The notes beneath the pieces are model-generated. The model saw only the letters and a list, made by a program, of their open reading frames with translations. It made no database searches and was not told the DNA's origin. Positions 1 to 8,203 of a stretch of DNA of 64,000 bases are shown here, piece after piece (position 1 is the stretch's first letter; every line of letters begins with the position of its first letter). The stretch is from IMG/VR virus record IMGVR_UViG_3300029258_002996; one strand, written 5' to 3'. Source of the stretch: a virus. Position numbers and translations under genes: made by a program.

Positions 1-34
1 GGAAGAGAACTCTAGCGATCCCACGCGCGTGCTG

Positions 35-943
35 CCTCCAACCCTTCTGCTTCTTTTTATCGATTGAAAGACACTCCTCTCCAAAGGCATAGAGCTGGGC
101 CTTCTCCCCTCCAACCCTTCTGCTTCTTTTTATCGATTGAAAGACCTATCCCGGCGCTCGGATAGTGAAACTCCCTCCAACCCTTCTGCTTCTTTTTATC
201 GATTGAAAGTTGATAACGGCGGCGTTGCTGCTCAAAGAGGACCCGCAGCCTCCAACCCTTCTGCTTCTTTTTATCGATTGAAAGTCAGCCCAATAGAAAA
301 TAATACAATGGACGGACAACCTCCAACCCTTCTGCTTCTTTTTATCGATTGAAAGTCGCATCGACAATACGGCCGCAAAAAGAGCGACAATCACCTCCAA
401 CCCTTCTGCTTCTTTTTATCGATTGAAAGAAGTCAGATCGCTCCCGGTAGTAATAGTATAGCCAGGGCCTCCAACCCTTCTGCTTCTTTTTATCGATTGA
501 AAGCCAACCAGCCGAGCGCCAAGAGCACTCGGCCAACAACCTCCAACCCTTCTGCTTCTTTTTATCGATTGAAAGGATTGGGCGGGGGATTCGACTATTG
601 AAAATCTATTCTCCTCCAACCCTTCTGCTTCTTTTTATCGATTGAAAGGTCATTTGCAAATCCCATCCGGAAAATAGTGCTGTCTACCTCCAACCCTTCT
701 GCTTCTTTTTATCGATTGAAAGGGATTGAGGAGGAGATCGACGAGTGGATCGCGCAGCGACCTCCAACCCTTCTGCTTCTTTTTATCGATTGAAAATATG
801 CCGTCCTCCATCAGCAAGGACAGGATGCTGTAACCTCCAACCCTTCTGCTTCTTTTTATCGATTGAAAAAAACTATATGACGAGATCATCGATTGCATAA
901 ACAAGCACCTCCAACCCTTCTGCTTCTTTTTATCGATTGAAAA
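35..943 (-). CRISPR. CRISPR array: 13 repeats of 36 nt, 12 complete spacers (30-39 nt); positions 1-34 are probably a further partial spacer
   Basis: The + strand repeat CCTCCAACCCTTCTGCTTCTTTTTATCGATTGAAAG starts at 35, 108, 174, 249, 320, 394, 468, 540, 613, 687, 761, 834 and 908. The last three copies end in A instead of G. Minus orientation is inferred from the co-oriented cas gene and tracrRNA promoter and is less certain than the array itself. Confidence 0.98.
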
Positions 944-976
944 AGCGGTCTAAAAAACCCTTAGATTTTCAAAGAG

Positions 977-2554
977 CTACTTACTCTTTTTCGAGCGGTT
1001 CGATTTCTTCGACTTCTTACCTTTCTTAAACCCCTGTTTTTTCAGCTCTTCGTCGTAATCATCAACCGACCACTCGCCTTTTCCACGAGCCAACACGTTC
1101 ATCGCGGCCCCGACATCCAGATTCACGTACCTCTCACAGGACACGCAATGCAGAACCCACTTCTTCATCTCGTACTCGATGCCGAACTCTTCGAGCTTCG
1201 AGATGATGCACTGCATCAGTGCGTAGTACGGCCACTCCTGAATCCGATCCCAAACCGCCTTTCCCCCGACCAGCTTCTCCGGCTCGCCATCACGGATCCC
1301 CGAGAAGTCCTCGATGTAGATCTTCCCAATCCCGTGCTTGACGAGGTATTTCACGAAGTTCAAAGCTATCCACTGGTTCTTGGTTCGCCGATAGCCGTTC
1401 ACCATGTTCTCCAAAACCTTGGTCGGCAACAGGACGCGCTTGCGCCCGCGTCCCAATCGACCCGAAGCTTTGGAGTTGTATTGGTACCCTTTCCGCCTGC
1501 TCTGAACCTGCTTCAGGAAAGCCTCGATGTCCCCACCATCGTACATCCACTTCACCCCGTCCTCGGTGACCCCCACCAAGAAGTTCTTGATTCCGCGATT
1601 GATGGCGGCGCACCGTACCCCGTTCGAAACCCCCTTGGGCATCTGATAGGAAAACGAGACGAACCACTGCCCCCGATGGTTCTTCTCCACCTTCGCCGCC
1701 CCGAGCACCCACTCCCCCGACATGATCTTTTCCATCGCATCCCGTTGATACCTGTCCTTCAGGTAAAACGGGATCCGGAACTGCTTGCCACCCGGATGAC
1801 GACCCGCAGCCAGAGAAAGGCAAACCAGGTACTCGTTCTTCTTCTCGCCTTTCTCTATCCGATAGTCCTGCCTACGAATCGGAATCGGGTTCTTGTCTCG
1901 GAACGCAGGGACGCTCCGGCTCCACTGGGTCAGGATCTGAAACCTCTCTTTTTTCCACTTGCTGAAAACAGCGTGACTGAGATCAGCCGCAATCCCCGCG
2001 TTCAGCTCCGGAGCCATCTTCCGAGCCAGCGCGTAGAAGTTCCCCTCCGGAATCGGCCACGCATCCCCCTTCCGGGTAGGAAACCGACCGTGCTCCAGAT
2101 AGAAATCGTCCACGTACTTCCCGTCGATCTCCCACAGCTTTCGAGCAATAGCGTTCGCCGCCCGACAGCACCCCTTTTGCGCCTCGAAGCACGCCTTCTT
2201 CACCGTCAGCTTCTCGGTCTCCTCCTCGCTCCTCAGCTCCTCGGCCCGCTTGAAATCGATCTGGAATTTAACGCATCGAACGATCACGTCGCTCTTCTTG
2301 TACCCTTTCGATTTCCGCTTCCTCTTACCTTCCCCCTCCTCCGGTTTGGCATCCGCAACGGAACCCACGACTCTATGACCCTCCTCCTGGGAGGGCGAAG
2401 CAGAAGGGTTCCCATTTTGGGAAACGTTGGTGAGCGTCGTCGGGCTTGCTTCCCCGCTCGTAGCGGCGTGTCCGAAAACTTCATCACCTTCAGGACGTGG
2501 AGTCGCCCCAGCAGTGGTCGCGGGTTCCGTTCCAGATTCCAAACCTTGCGTCAT
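977..2554 (-). CDS. cas12f: Cas12f (AsCas12f1/C2c10-like, TnpB-derived) effector, apparently nuclease-inactive; true start may be GTG at 2368 (463 aa)
   Basis: Motifs are collinear with AsCas12f1-type proteins: DDFYLEHGRFP, ELNAG, MEKIMSGEW, DGGDIEAFLKQVQSRR, GRGRKR, IYIEDFSGI (RuvC-II E), QEWPYYALMQCIISKLEEFGI, CVSC..NLDVGAAMNV (RuvC-III D). RuvC-I reads AAINRG instead of GIDLG. The stop lies 33 nt from the last repeat. Confidence 0.88.
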   Translation of the reverse strand: MTQGLESGTEPATTAGATPRPEGDEVFGHAATSGEASPTTLTNVSQNGNPSASPSQEEGHRVVGSVADAKPEEGEGKRKRKSKGYKKSDVIVRCVKFQIDFKRAEELRSEEETEKLTVKKACFEAQKGCCRAANAIARKLWEIDGKYVDDFYLEHGRFPTRKGDAWPIPEGNFYALARKMAPELNAGIAADLSHAVFSKWKKERFQILTQWSRSVPAFRDKNPIPIRRQDYRIEKGEKKNEYLVCLSLAAGRHPGGKQFRIPFYLKDRYQRDAMEKIMSGEWVLGAAKVEKNHRGQWFVSFSYQMPKGVSNGVRCAAINRGIKNFLVGVTEDGVKWMYDGGDIEAFLKQVQSRRKGYQYNSKASGRLGRGRKRVLLPTKVLENMVNGYRRTKNQWIALNFVKYLVKHGIGKIYIEDFSGIRDGEPEKLVGGKAVWDRIQEWPYYALMQCIISKLEEFGIEYEMKKWVLHCVSCERYVNLDVGAAMNVLARGKGEWSVDDYDEELKKQGFKKGKKSKKSNRSKKSK

Positions 2555-2638
2555 CGTCTTTCACCCATAATTGCTACGTACCCTACCATCCCTATTCTAC
2601 CAAACGCCGCTCGAAACCAGCGCTTCCGAGATGGCAAT
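2380..2638 (-). ncRNA. Putative tracrRNA (ends approximate)
   Basis: The minus strand reads CCAAC-[18-nt hairpin GTTTCCCAAAATGGGAAC]-CCTTCTGCTTC (2430-2397), complementary to repeat nucleotides GAAGCAGAAGGGTTGG. There is also a contiguous 14-nt match at 2397-2410. It lies downstream of a promoter at 2645-2673. Confidence 0.7.
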
Positions 2639-2644
2639 CTAAGA

Positions 2645-2673
2645 CATATAGCAGAGAGCCAAAAAGCCGTCAA
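2645..2673 (-). promoter_or_regulatory. sigma70-like promoter (phage motif) for tracrRNA/cas12f
   Basis: TTGACG-N17 (ending CTCTCTGC)-TATATG. Confidence 0.7.
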
Positions 2674-2687
2674 GAGAAAATGATCAA

Positions 2688-2909
2688 CTACCTTCCAGTA
2701 GGTACAACCGCCCTGCCGAACACGCTCCTACCGATGTGGAACCTCCCACAAATCGGGCACTGGTACGCCGAGAACCGATACCTGGTCTTCGCCTCCATCT
2801 CAAGCGCCGCCGAAGTCGCCGTCTCCAGGGAGCCATACGAGATTTTCGGCTGCCCATCCTTCCGCCAGTGGCACGGATCCTTCCAGTCAATGCTCACTTC
2901 GAGTTTCAT
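2688..2909 (-). CDS. Small Zn-finger phage protein
   Basis: AYQCPICGRFHIG motif; abuts the upstream gene. Confidence 0.65.
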   Translation of the reverse strand: MKLEVSIDWKDPCHWRKDGQPKISYGSLETATSAALEMEAKTRYRFSAYQCPICGRFHIGRSVFGRAVVPTGR

Positions 2910-3359
2910 TTATTCCCGATGCTTGTCCCGAGCGGCTCTGCGGAGAATGGCGGAGGCGCATATATCTACTACACGACTCGTTGCCTCCGGGTTCGTCTTC
3001 TCCAGCCCCTCCAAAAGACTCGAAAGATTAGGTTCCGGCATGGGCATCAACAGATTGCCGCTACCCGAGATTCTCGAAGTCCCCTTCCCGAGACCTTCGA
3101 TCTCGGGAGCCTCGTAAATCTCAGGCGCAGACCCGAGAATCATCTCGGCAATGGGCGTAAAACGAAGCTCACCATCGTCGGAAGAAACGATACCGAGTAA
3201 CACCACCTCCTCCCCGGACTCCTTGCGCCGGGTCTCCATCATCGCGGCCCCCTGAAGCCCGAAAGCTTCCTCCAGCAGCTCGAAGCTTGCCTCGCATTCC
3301 AACTTCTCGGACTCGTCCATCTCAACCTCCTTGCTGTTTTCACGATTTGGCTCGTCCAT
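2910..3359 (-). CDS. Hypothetical protein
   Basis: 149-aa ORF directly behind the promoter at 3367-3395. Confidence 0.65.
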   Translation of the reverse strand: MDEPNRENSKEVEMDESEKLECEASFELLEEAFGLQGAAMMETRRKESGEEVVLLGIVSSDDGELRFTPIAEMILGSAPEIYEAPEIEGLGKGTSRISGSGNLLMPMPEPNLSSLLEGLEKTNPEATSRVVDICASAILRRAARDKHRE

Positions 3360-3366
3360 CCTCTGT

Positions 3367-3395
3367 CATATAACACAGAGTTTTCGAGAATGCAA
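3367..3395 (-). promoter_or_regulatory. sigma70-like promoter (phage motif)
   Basis: TTGCAT-N17 (ending CTCTGTGT)-TATATG. Confidence 0.65.
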
Positions 3396-3687
3396 CAATC
3401 AAGTGCCTGGCAAGTACCCGTCAAGAAAACCTTCATCTCCGAGATAAATCTTATAACGATTCTATTTTTGAAGCACGATGCAGGTGGGAATTTTTCGAGA
3501 CAGCAGGATCCCCAATACCTACCCAATGGGACCCATTCTTTTCCGAGAGGGTTTTTCGGATTTCCGGGATTTGGCCGGGACGGGTTTGGCAGAGGTCGGG
3601 ATTGGGCGTTCAGTACTCGGAAGGGTTGGGTAGGGATTGGGTGAGGATTGGGAGGTCGTGGCGCAGCTCTACTACCGCTCAGGAGGA

Positions 3688-4624
3688 CCCTTGACGATTC
3701 GGCAAGGGTGGTCGGGGCCGGGGTCGGAGTTGGGGGTTGGGGGGATTGGGGAGGTTCGTGTGAGTTTATGTAGGTTTATGTGAGGAGATTTGGGGATAGA
3801 TGGCAGCCTACCTATATAACTAGAGCAGGGTTTTAGACAGGGAAATGCAAGGTTGAGTTTTTTGAGGCAGATGGGACCAAAAAATTTGGGAAGGGATTTT
3901 TGGAGATTTCGTGAATGATTCCCAGTAGTTGAGCAGTATTGCAAAAGGTTGGGAAGAATGTTGGATGCCGATATATTTTGCGGGGTTGCTCGGGTATTGG
4001 GGGTGATCATAAACCCGCGATCCCCGATCAGATCGCGATCAGATCGCACCCCCGATCCCTACACGATCCCCGATCCGCGATCCCTTATACAATCATTTCG
4101 CATACTTATAGAGATTTCCCCAATGATTCTACAACCTTCGGCAAACCTTGGCCAGAATCCTCGGCCAATCTCTGCCGGAGTCCGCTACAATCCCTGCGGG
4201 ATCCTCATCAACCCCTGCTCAATCCTGGGCAATCCGAATCAGATTGTCGTACAATCATCCACGATCCGGGCCGACCCTTAACGATCCGTCAAGGGCTGAC
4301 CATCCCTGCCGATACGATCCGCAATCCCCAGCAGGAACTGCCCACAATCTGCCCAAACCTGCCCAGTACTTCCCAATCCATTGGGAAAGGATTGGGCAAT
4401 GCGGGGGCAGCTCGGGCAGGCCAGGACAGAGCCTTAACGATTAATCAAGGAAACTTTTGAACCGCCTTAACGATTCGTCAAGGGTGGTTTCGGGCCTATC
4501 TCAAACCTAATCCCCAAACCTTCAAGGATTCCGCACCCTCCTGCAAAACCTCAGATATATCGGGTACAAATACATGAAACGATTTGTCATGGCTTTGGCT
4601 TCGAGGGTGTTGACGAATCGTCAA
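3688..4624. repeat. Five palindromic boxes, consensus TT(G/A)ACGA-T-TCGTCAA
   Basis: Copies at 3688-3708, 4275-4295, 4432-4450, 4465-4484 and 4610-4624. Confidence 0.75.
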
Positions 4625-4952
4625 TTCCGAGGATTCCAGAGGAGTTCTCAACCTTGAGGAATCTCTGGCCAGCTCCGGGCCGATAACTCCTCGATATTTG
4701 AGATAGATCGTAATAGACTTGTCAAGATTTTGGATCGGTTGGCGATCCGAGAGGATCCGCAAAGGAGATTACGTGGGGCTACAGTGGGGGACGAGAGATC
4801 GTGCAGAATTGGGCAAGATTGGATAGATATGCGCCCGCGATCCCGGACGATCCCCGGGAATGGATCGTAGATCGTGGGGAGATGGATCGGGGATTTTTGG
4901 CGGATTTTGGATTTTGATCGGATCGTGATCTGATCGCGGATCGGGGATCGCG
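4019..4952. repeat. Two GATC-dense clusters forming an imperfect inverted pair
   Basis: 9 GATC in 4019-4082 and 6 GATC in 4916-4949; the reverse complement of 4921-4952 resembles 4017-4048. Confidence 0.75.
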
Positions 4953-5016
4953 CTATAGGTCCTCGATCATGCAGTATAACCTAGAACCCCAAACCCCTGC
5001 TCAATCCCTGCCAAAT

Positions 5017-5076
5017 ACTGCCCAACCTACTGCCCAATCTACGGGGCAATTTACTGCCCAACCTACTGGGCAAGGT
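5017..5076 (+). repeat. 5 x 12-bp tandem repeat ACTGCCCAACCT
   Basis: actgcccaacct/actgcccaatct/acggggcaattt/actgcccaacct/actgggcaaggt. Confidence 0.8.
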
Positions 5077-5103
5077 TTGGCAATCCTGGAGCATTAGATT
5101 GGG

Positions 5104-5385
5104 AATCCTTCCTTGAGAATCCGCTAGGTTTCTGTTGAATCCTTCCTTGAGAATCTACTGAGTTCTCCTCAATCCTTCCTGGCAATCCTTCGAGGTTTGT
5201 CGAGCTGGGGGAAAACCTTGCTTACGGCCCTTGGAATTCTGCCAAATCCTTCTTTGAGAATCTGCTAGGTTCCCGCTAAACCCTTTTCTGAGAATCTGCT
5301 AGGTTTCTGTTGAATCCTTCCTTGAGGATCCCGGCTGAGGGTTTGTGGGGGCTGCTGAATCCTTCCTTGAGAATCCTCTAGGGTT
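5104..5385 (+). repeat. Seven iteron-like repeats AATCCTTCCTTGAGAATC(YGCTAGGTTTCTGTTG), ~34-bp period
   Basis: Copies start at 5104, 5138, 5171, 5245, 5279, 5313 and 5358. Confidence 0.8.
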
Positions 5386-5704
5386 TTGCTGGAGGGTTTG
5401 CTTCCTTGGCTTCCTGGGGGTTTGTGGGTCTACTGGTGTACTGGTCTATGGGTTACCTATCTACCTACTTACCTACCTACCTATCTATCTCCCTCTCTGC
5501 TTACCTTAATCCCTCCCCCTCCGGGTCATCCGGTAAAATCCTTCCTTCGTTTTTCCTCGCCGGTCACCTTCCATCTCAACCCATCTCAATCCTCGGGGGT
5601 TTAGGATTGGGGTTTGGGTTGATCTCGAACCTGACTACCTTTGGGATTGGGGATTGGGGGGATTGCCGGGTTGGGATGTATCGGGTGGGGATTGATGTAT
5701 GGGT

Positions 5705-5971
5705 TCAGTTCAACATAGATGGATCGAATGGTTTCATTACTGAGCCAGCTTTCTCCAGCAAAGCGAGGAACGTCCTTGCGTGCTCGATGGCCTTGTCGAA
5801 ATCATCCTTGAAAACTACCAACTGCATAATAACGGCCCCTACCATGAGAATCCCCTGAAACATGTAAATGTTCGGATGGTCGGGATCCATCTGGTGGATT
5901 TCCCTCGCGGTTTTCGTACACTGAGCTTGCCACTCCATGAACAACTTCTTCTGCTCATCCGATACCTTCAT
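5705..5971 (-). CDS. Hypothetical protein
   Basis: GAGGAG RBS before ATG at 5971. Confidence 0.65.
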   Translation of the reverse strand: MKVSDEQKKLFMEWQAQCTKTAREIHQMDPDHPNIYMFQGILMVGAVIMQLVVFKDDFDKAIEHARTFLALLEKAGSVMKPFDPSMLN

Positions 5972-6066
5972 CTCCTCTTCCTCACTTTCCGATCGCCTTT
6001 TTCCGATCAACCTCTTCCCCTACCTTACCAAACCGCAGGACATCGGTTGTATCGTATGGAGATTGA

Positions 6067-6318
6067 TTAACCCCGCACCTTGACTACAACACCTCTTTTT
6101 CCTCGTTGAGCTTTTCGGACCCTGAACTCCTTGAACCGGCTTTGGTACGAGGAGCACTTGCCGATAGCTTCCCAGAGATACTGAGCGATCTGGCCCAGGA
6201 AATCCACGTACTCCGCGTACAGCTCAGGTTCGTTCTCCCGGAGATGTTGGGCGAACCTGTAGTCCGTGTCGAGGATCTCCCGCAGCGTCTTGGTTTTGGT
6301 TTTGATCTTGCGTACCAT
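6067..6318 (-). CDS. Hypothetical protein
   Basis: GGAGGT RBS before MVRKIK. Confidence 0.55.
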   Translation of the reverse strand: MVRKIKTKTKTLREILDTDYRFAQHLRENEPELYAEYVDFLGQIAQYLWEAIGKCSSYQSRFKEFRVRKAQRGKRGVVVKVRG

Positions 6319-8110
6319 GTGAACCGACCTCCTCTTTCTTCCGGCTCCTCTCCCGGAAGCGTTTCCTGCGCTCCAGTTGATCTGGGGTGGCGTGGTAACG
6401 AAAGCAATTATCGATCTCATTCTTGCTCATTCCCAACTCAGCCCCGATCTCCTTGTAGGTTCTGCCCTGCTCGATGTAATCGATGATCAAATCTACGACC
6501 CGTTGGTTCCGCTGTCTGCTCTTCTTCTTGACTCGGCTCCGATACTTTCGAACACGTCTTCGTTGATCGCGGTCGAGATAGTGGGCTACGAGAACCCTGA
6601 TAACCTTGAACGGCAGATCGAGAACCTTTCCGATTTCCTCATGGGTGAGCCCCTTCTCGATACACTCGACAATGAATTCGCACAGATTCTTGCGATCTTC
6701 GCTGTTTCGAGGAAAACACTTCGGGCAATAACGGGAACTCGAAAACTCGGCAGCCGTGTAAAGCGCTCCGCAATTCCTGCAAAGCCTGGTACTCCAGGGC
6801 TCCTTCGCATACCCCAAAGAGAACTCCAGATCCCCCTCCGCCAGCATCAGCGCCTCGCGGACCTCGCGCTTGACGGCGGGCGAGACCGAGGGGATGGCGG
6901 CGGAGATCAACTGCGGGCTCTCGTGAAAGTTGTCCTTCTCGTACAAACAGTTGCGACAAAACCCGCGCTCCCGGACCCTCACCAAACGCCGAACGACCTC
7001 GTGGCAGCCGTCGCACCTCGTAAAATCCACCACAGCGCCCCCGAGAAGCTGCATCTCTTCTCGCGCCTCTTCGTCCTCAACCCTCCCGTCGAACCGAATC
7101 TGCCGTACCTTCCCCCACAAATCGCGCCTCTTCTCCAACGAGGTGCCCCGCCGAAGAATCTCGGAAACATACGAATCCGATATCCCAAGCTCCTCCCCGA
7201 TCTCCCGCTGAGTCCAACCCCGCTCCATGTACCCGACAATCAATCGGAGACGCTCCGCCCGCAGCTCCGCCCGCCTCTCCCTATCGAGCGGATCCCGCAC
7301 CCGCTGGGGCTGGGGTTTGGGTTTGGCGGCTTCAGAAGGTTCGAACTCGCCTGGAAACAGCTCCTTCGCGTATCTGCGAACGGTCGTGGCGCAGACGCCG
7401 AGCTTTCGGGCGATGCTCTCGTGTGAAAGACCCTCCTGCCGGTACTGAGCGATCTTTTTCAGCCGCTCCCCCTTCTTCCTCTTGCGCTCCCTCCTCTTCC
7501 AAGCTTTCCGAAGCTCGATCTGATGTCGCGCCTCCTCTTTCCTCCGCCTCAGATCCCCCTCGATTCTCCGCTCGCGCGCCTGCTGCTCGGACGTGGCGTG
7601 CCGAAGATATTCCCTGATGGCGGCCACGGACATGTCCGTCTCATCGGAGATCTCCTTGCGCGTCTTGCCGAGTTCGAGAAGATCCAGAACCCTGTCGACC
7701 TTCTCGATGCGCTCGGCTTCCCGCCTCTCCTCCAGCTCCTTCAACTGCCGAGCTACTTCCGCCTTCCTCGCTTCCTTTCGCGCCTGCCGTCTTCGAACCT
7801 CCTCCGCTTCCTTTTCCGCCCGCTTAGCGGCTTTTTCTCTCCCTTCGATCTTTGCGCGAGCCTCGAAATCCAAATCGTCCAACAACTTCTCGAAATATCG
7901 AATGCGCTCCTTCGGCGCTTGCTTGGCCAACCAAGTAAACTTTCCGATCAACGAAGACTGTTTTTTTCCGAAACGATTTATGTATTTTTGATAATGACCC
8001 GGACAATGCCCAGCGTGAAGATCGGGATAACGTACCTTGGCCTCGCAGCCGGGCACAACGCACTTGAAAAGCCCCTCCAGATCTACCAACTCCTCTCCGG
8101 ATTTCTCCAT
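6224..8110 (-). CDS. Multi-HTH DNA-binding protein (five sigma-region-4-like HTH repeats plus Zn ribbons)
   Basis: GKTRKEISDETDMS, GLSHESIARKLGVC, GWTQREIGEELGIS, GLTHEEIGKVLDLP, GRTYKEIGAELGMS; Cys pairs CDGC/CRNC and CRNC/CPKC. Confidence 0.8.
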   Translation of the reverse strand: MEKSGEELVDLEGLFKCVVPGCEAKVRYPDLHAGHCPGHYQKYINRFGKKQSSLIGKFTWLAKQAPKERIRYFEKLLDDLDFEARAKIEGREKAAKRAEKEAEEVRRRQARKEARKAEVARQLKELEERREAERIEKVDRVLDLLELGKTRKEISDETDMSVAAIREYLRHATSEQQARERRIEGDLRRRKEEARHQIELRKAWKRRERKRKKGERLKKIAQYRQEGLSHESIARKLGVCATTVRRYAKELFPGEFEPSEAAKPKPQPQRVRDPLDRERRAELRAERLRLIVGYMERGWTQREIGEELGISDSYVSEILRRGTSLEKRRDLWGKVRQIRFDGRVEDEEAREEMQLLGGAVVDFTRCDGCHEVVRRLVRVRERGFCRNCLYEKDNFHESPQLISAAIPSVSPAVKREVREALMLAEGDLEFSLGYAKEPWSTRLCRNCGALYTAAEFSSSRYCPKCFPRNSEDRKNLCEFIVECIEKGLTHEEIGKVLDLPFKVIRVLVAHYLDRDQRRRVRKYRSRVKKKSRQRNQRVVDLIIDYIEQGRTYKEIGAELGMSKNEIDNCFRYHATPDQLERRKRFRERSRKKEEVGSHGTQDQNQNQDAAGDPRHGLQVRPTSPGERT

Positions 8111-8135
8111 CGCTCGCTCTCCAATCGCTCTGAGT

Positions 8136-8165
8136 AGTATAACACAGAGTTTGAGAAGAACGCAA
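8136..8165 (-). promoter_or_regulatory. sigma70-like promoter (phage motif)
   Basis: TTGCGT-N18 (ending CTCTGTGT)-TATACT. Confidence 0.65.
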
Positions 8166-8203
8166 GCGGATTCCCCCTGTCGGCGGGCTCGGGGGGATTC
8201 TCT

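Larger units (their letters stand above)
3400..5700. other. Long non-coding repeat-rich region (candidate replication origin or packaging/terminus site)
   Basis: No credible ORF; alternating G-rich and C-rich tracts; GATC clusters, palindromic boxes, and 12-bp and ~34-bp tandem repeats. Confidence 0.6.

Noticed and set aside
137-904. Short ORFs with repeating FQSIKRSRRVG / SNPSASFYRLK peptides
   Set aside because: They are translations of the CRISPR repeats.
1-943. Self-targeting spacers
   Set aside because: I saw no convincing spacer match elsewhere in the window by eye. An alignment is needed to exclude partial matches, which would matter for a non-cutting effector.
977-2554. Interpretation as an IS200/IS605 TnpB transposon
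   Set aside because: No tnpA or IS ends are evident; the adjacent array, anti-repeat and Cas12f1-type motifs fit CRISPR type V-F better.
1148-2683. Long + strand ORFs (also 6377-7426, 34115-35572, 38523-39662, 46021-47244, 58648-59703)
   Set aside because: They are antisense shadows of well-supported minus-strand genes and show no recognisable motifs.
5104-5385. Possible second CRISPR array
   Set aside because: The intervening sequences are short and similar to each other, so this is a tandem repeat rather than repeat-spacer units.
3390-5858. ORFs in the repeat-rich region
   Set aside because: Low-complexity translations of DNA repeats with no RBS or plausible composition.
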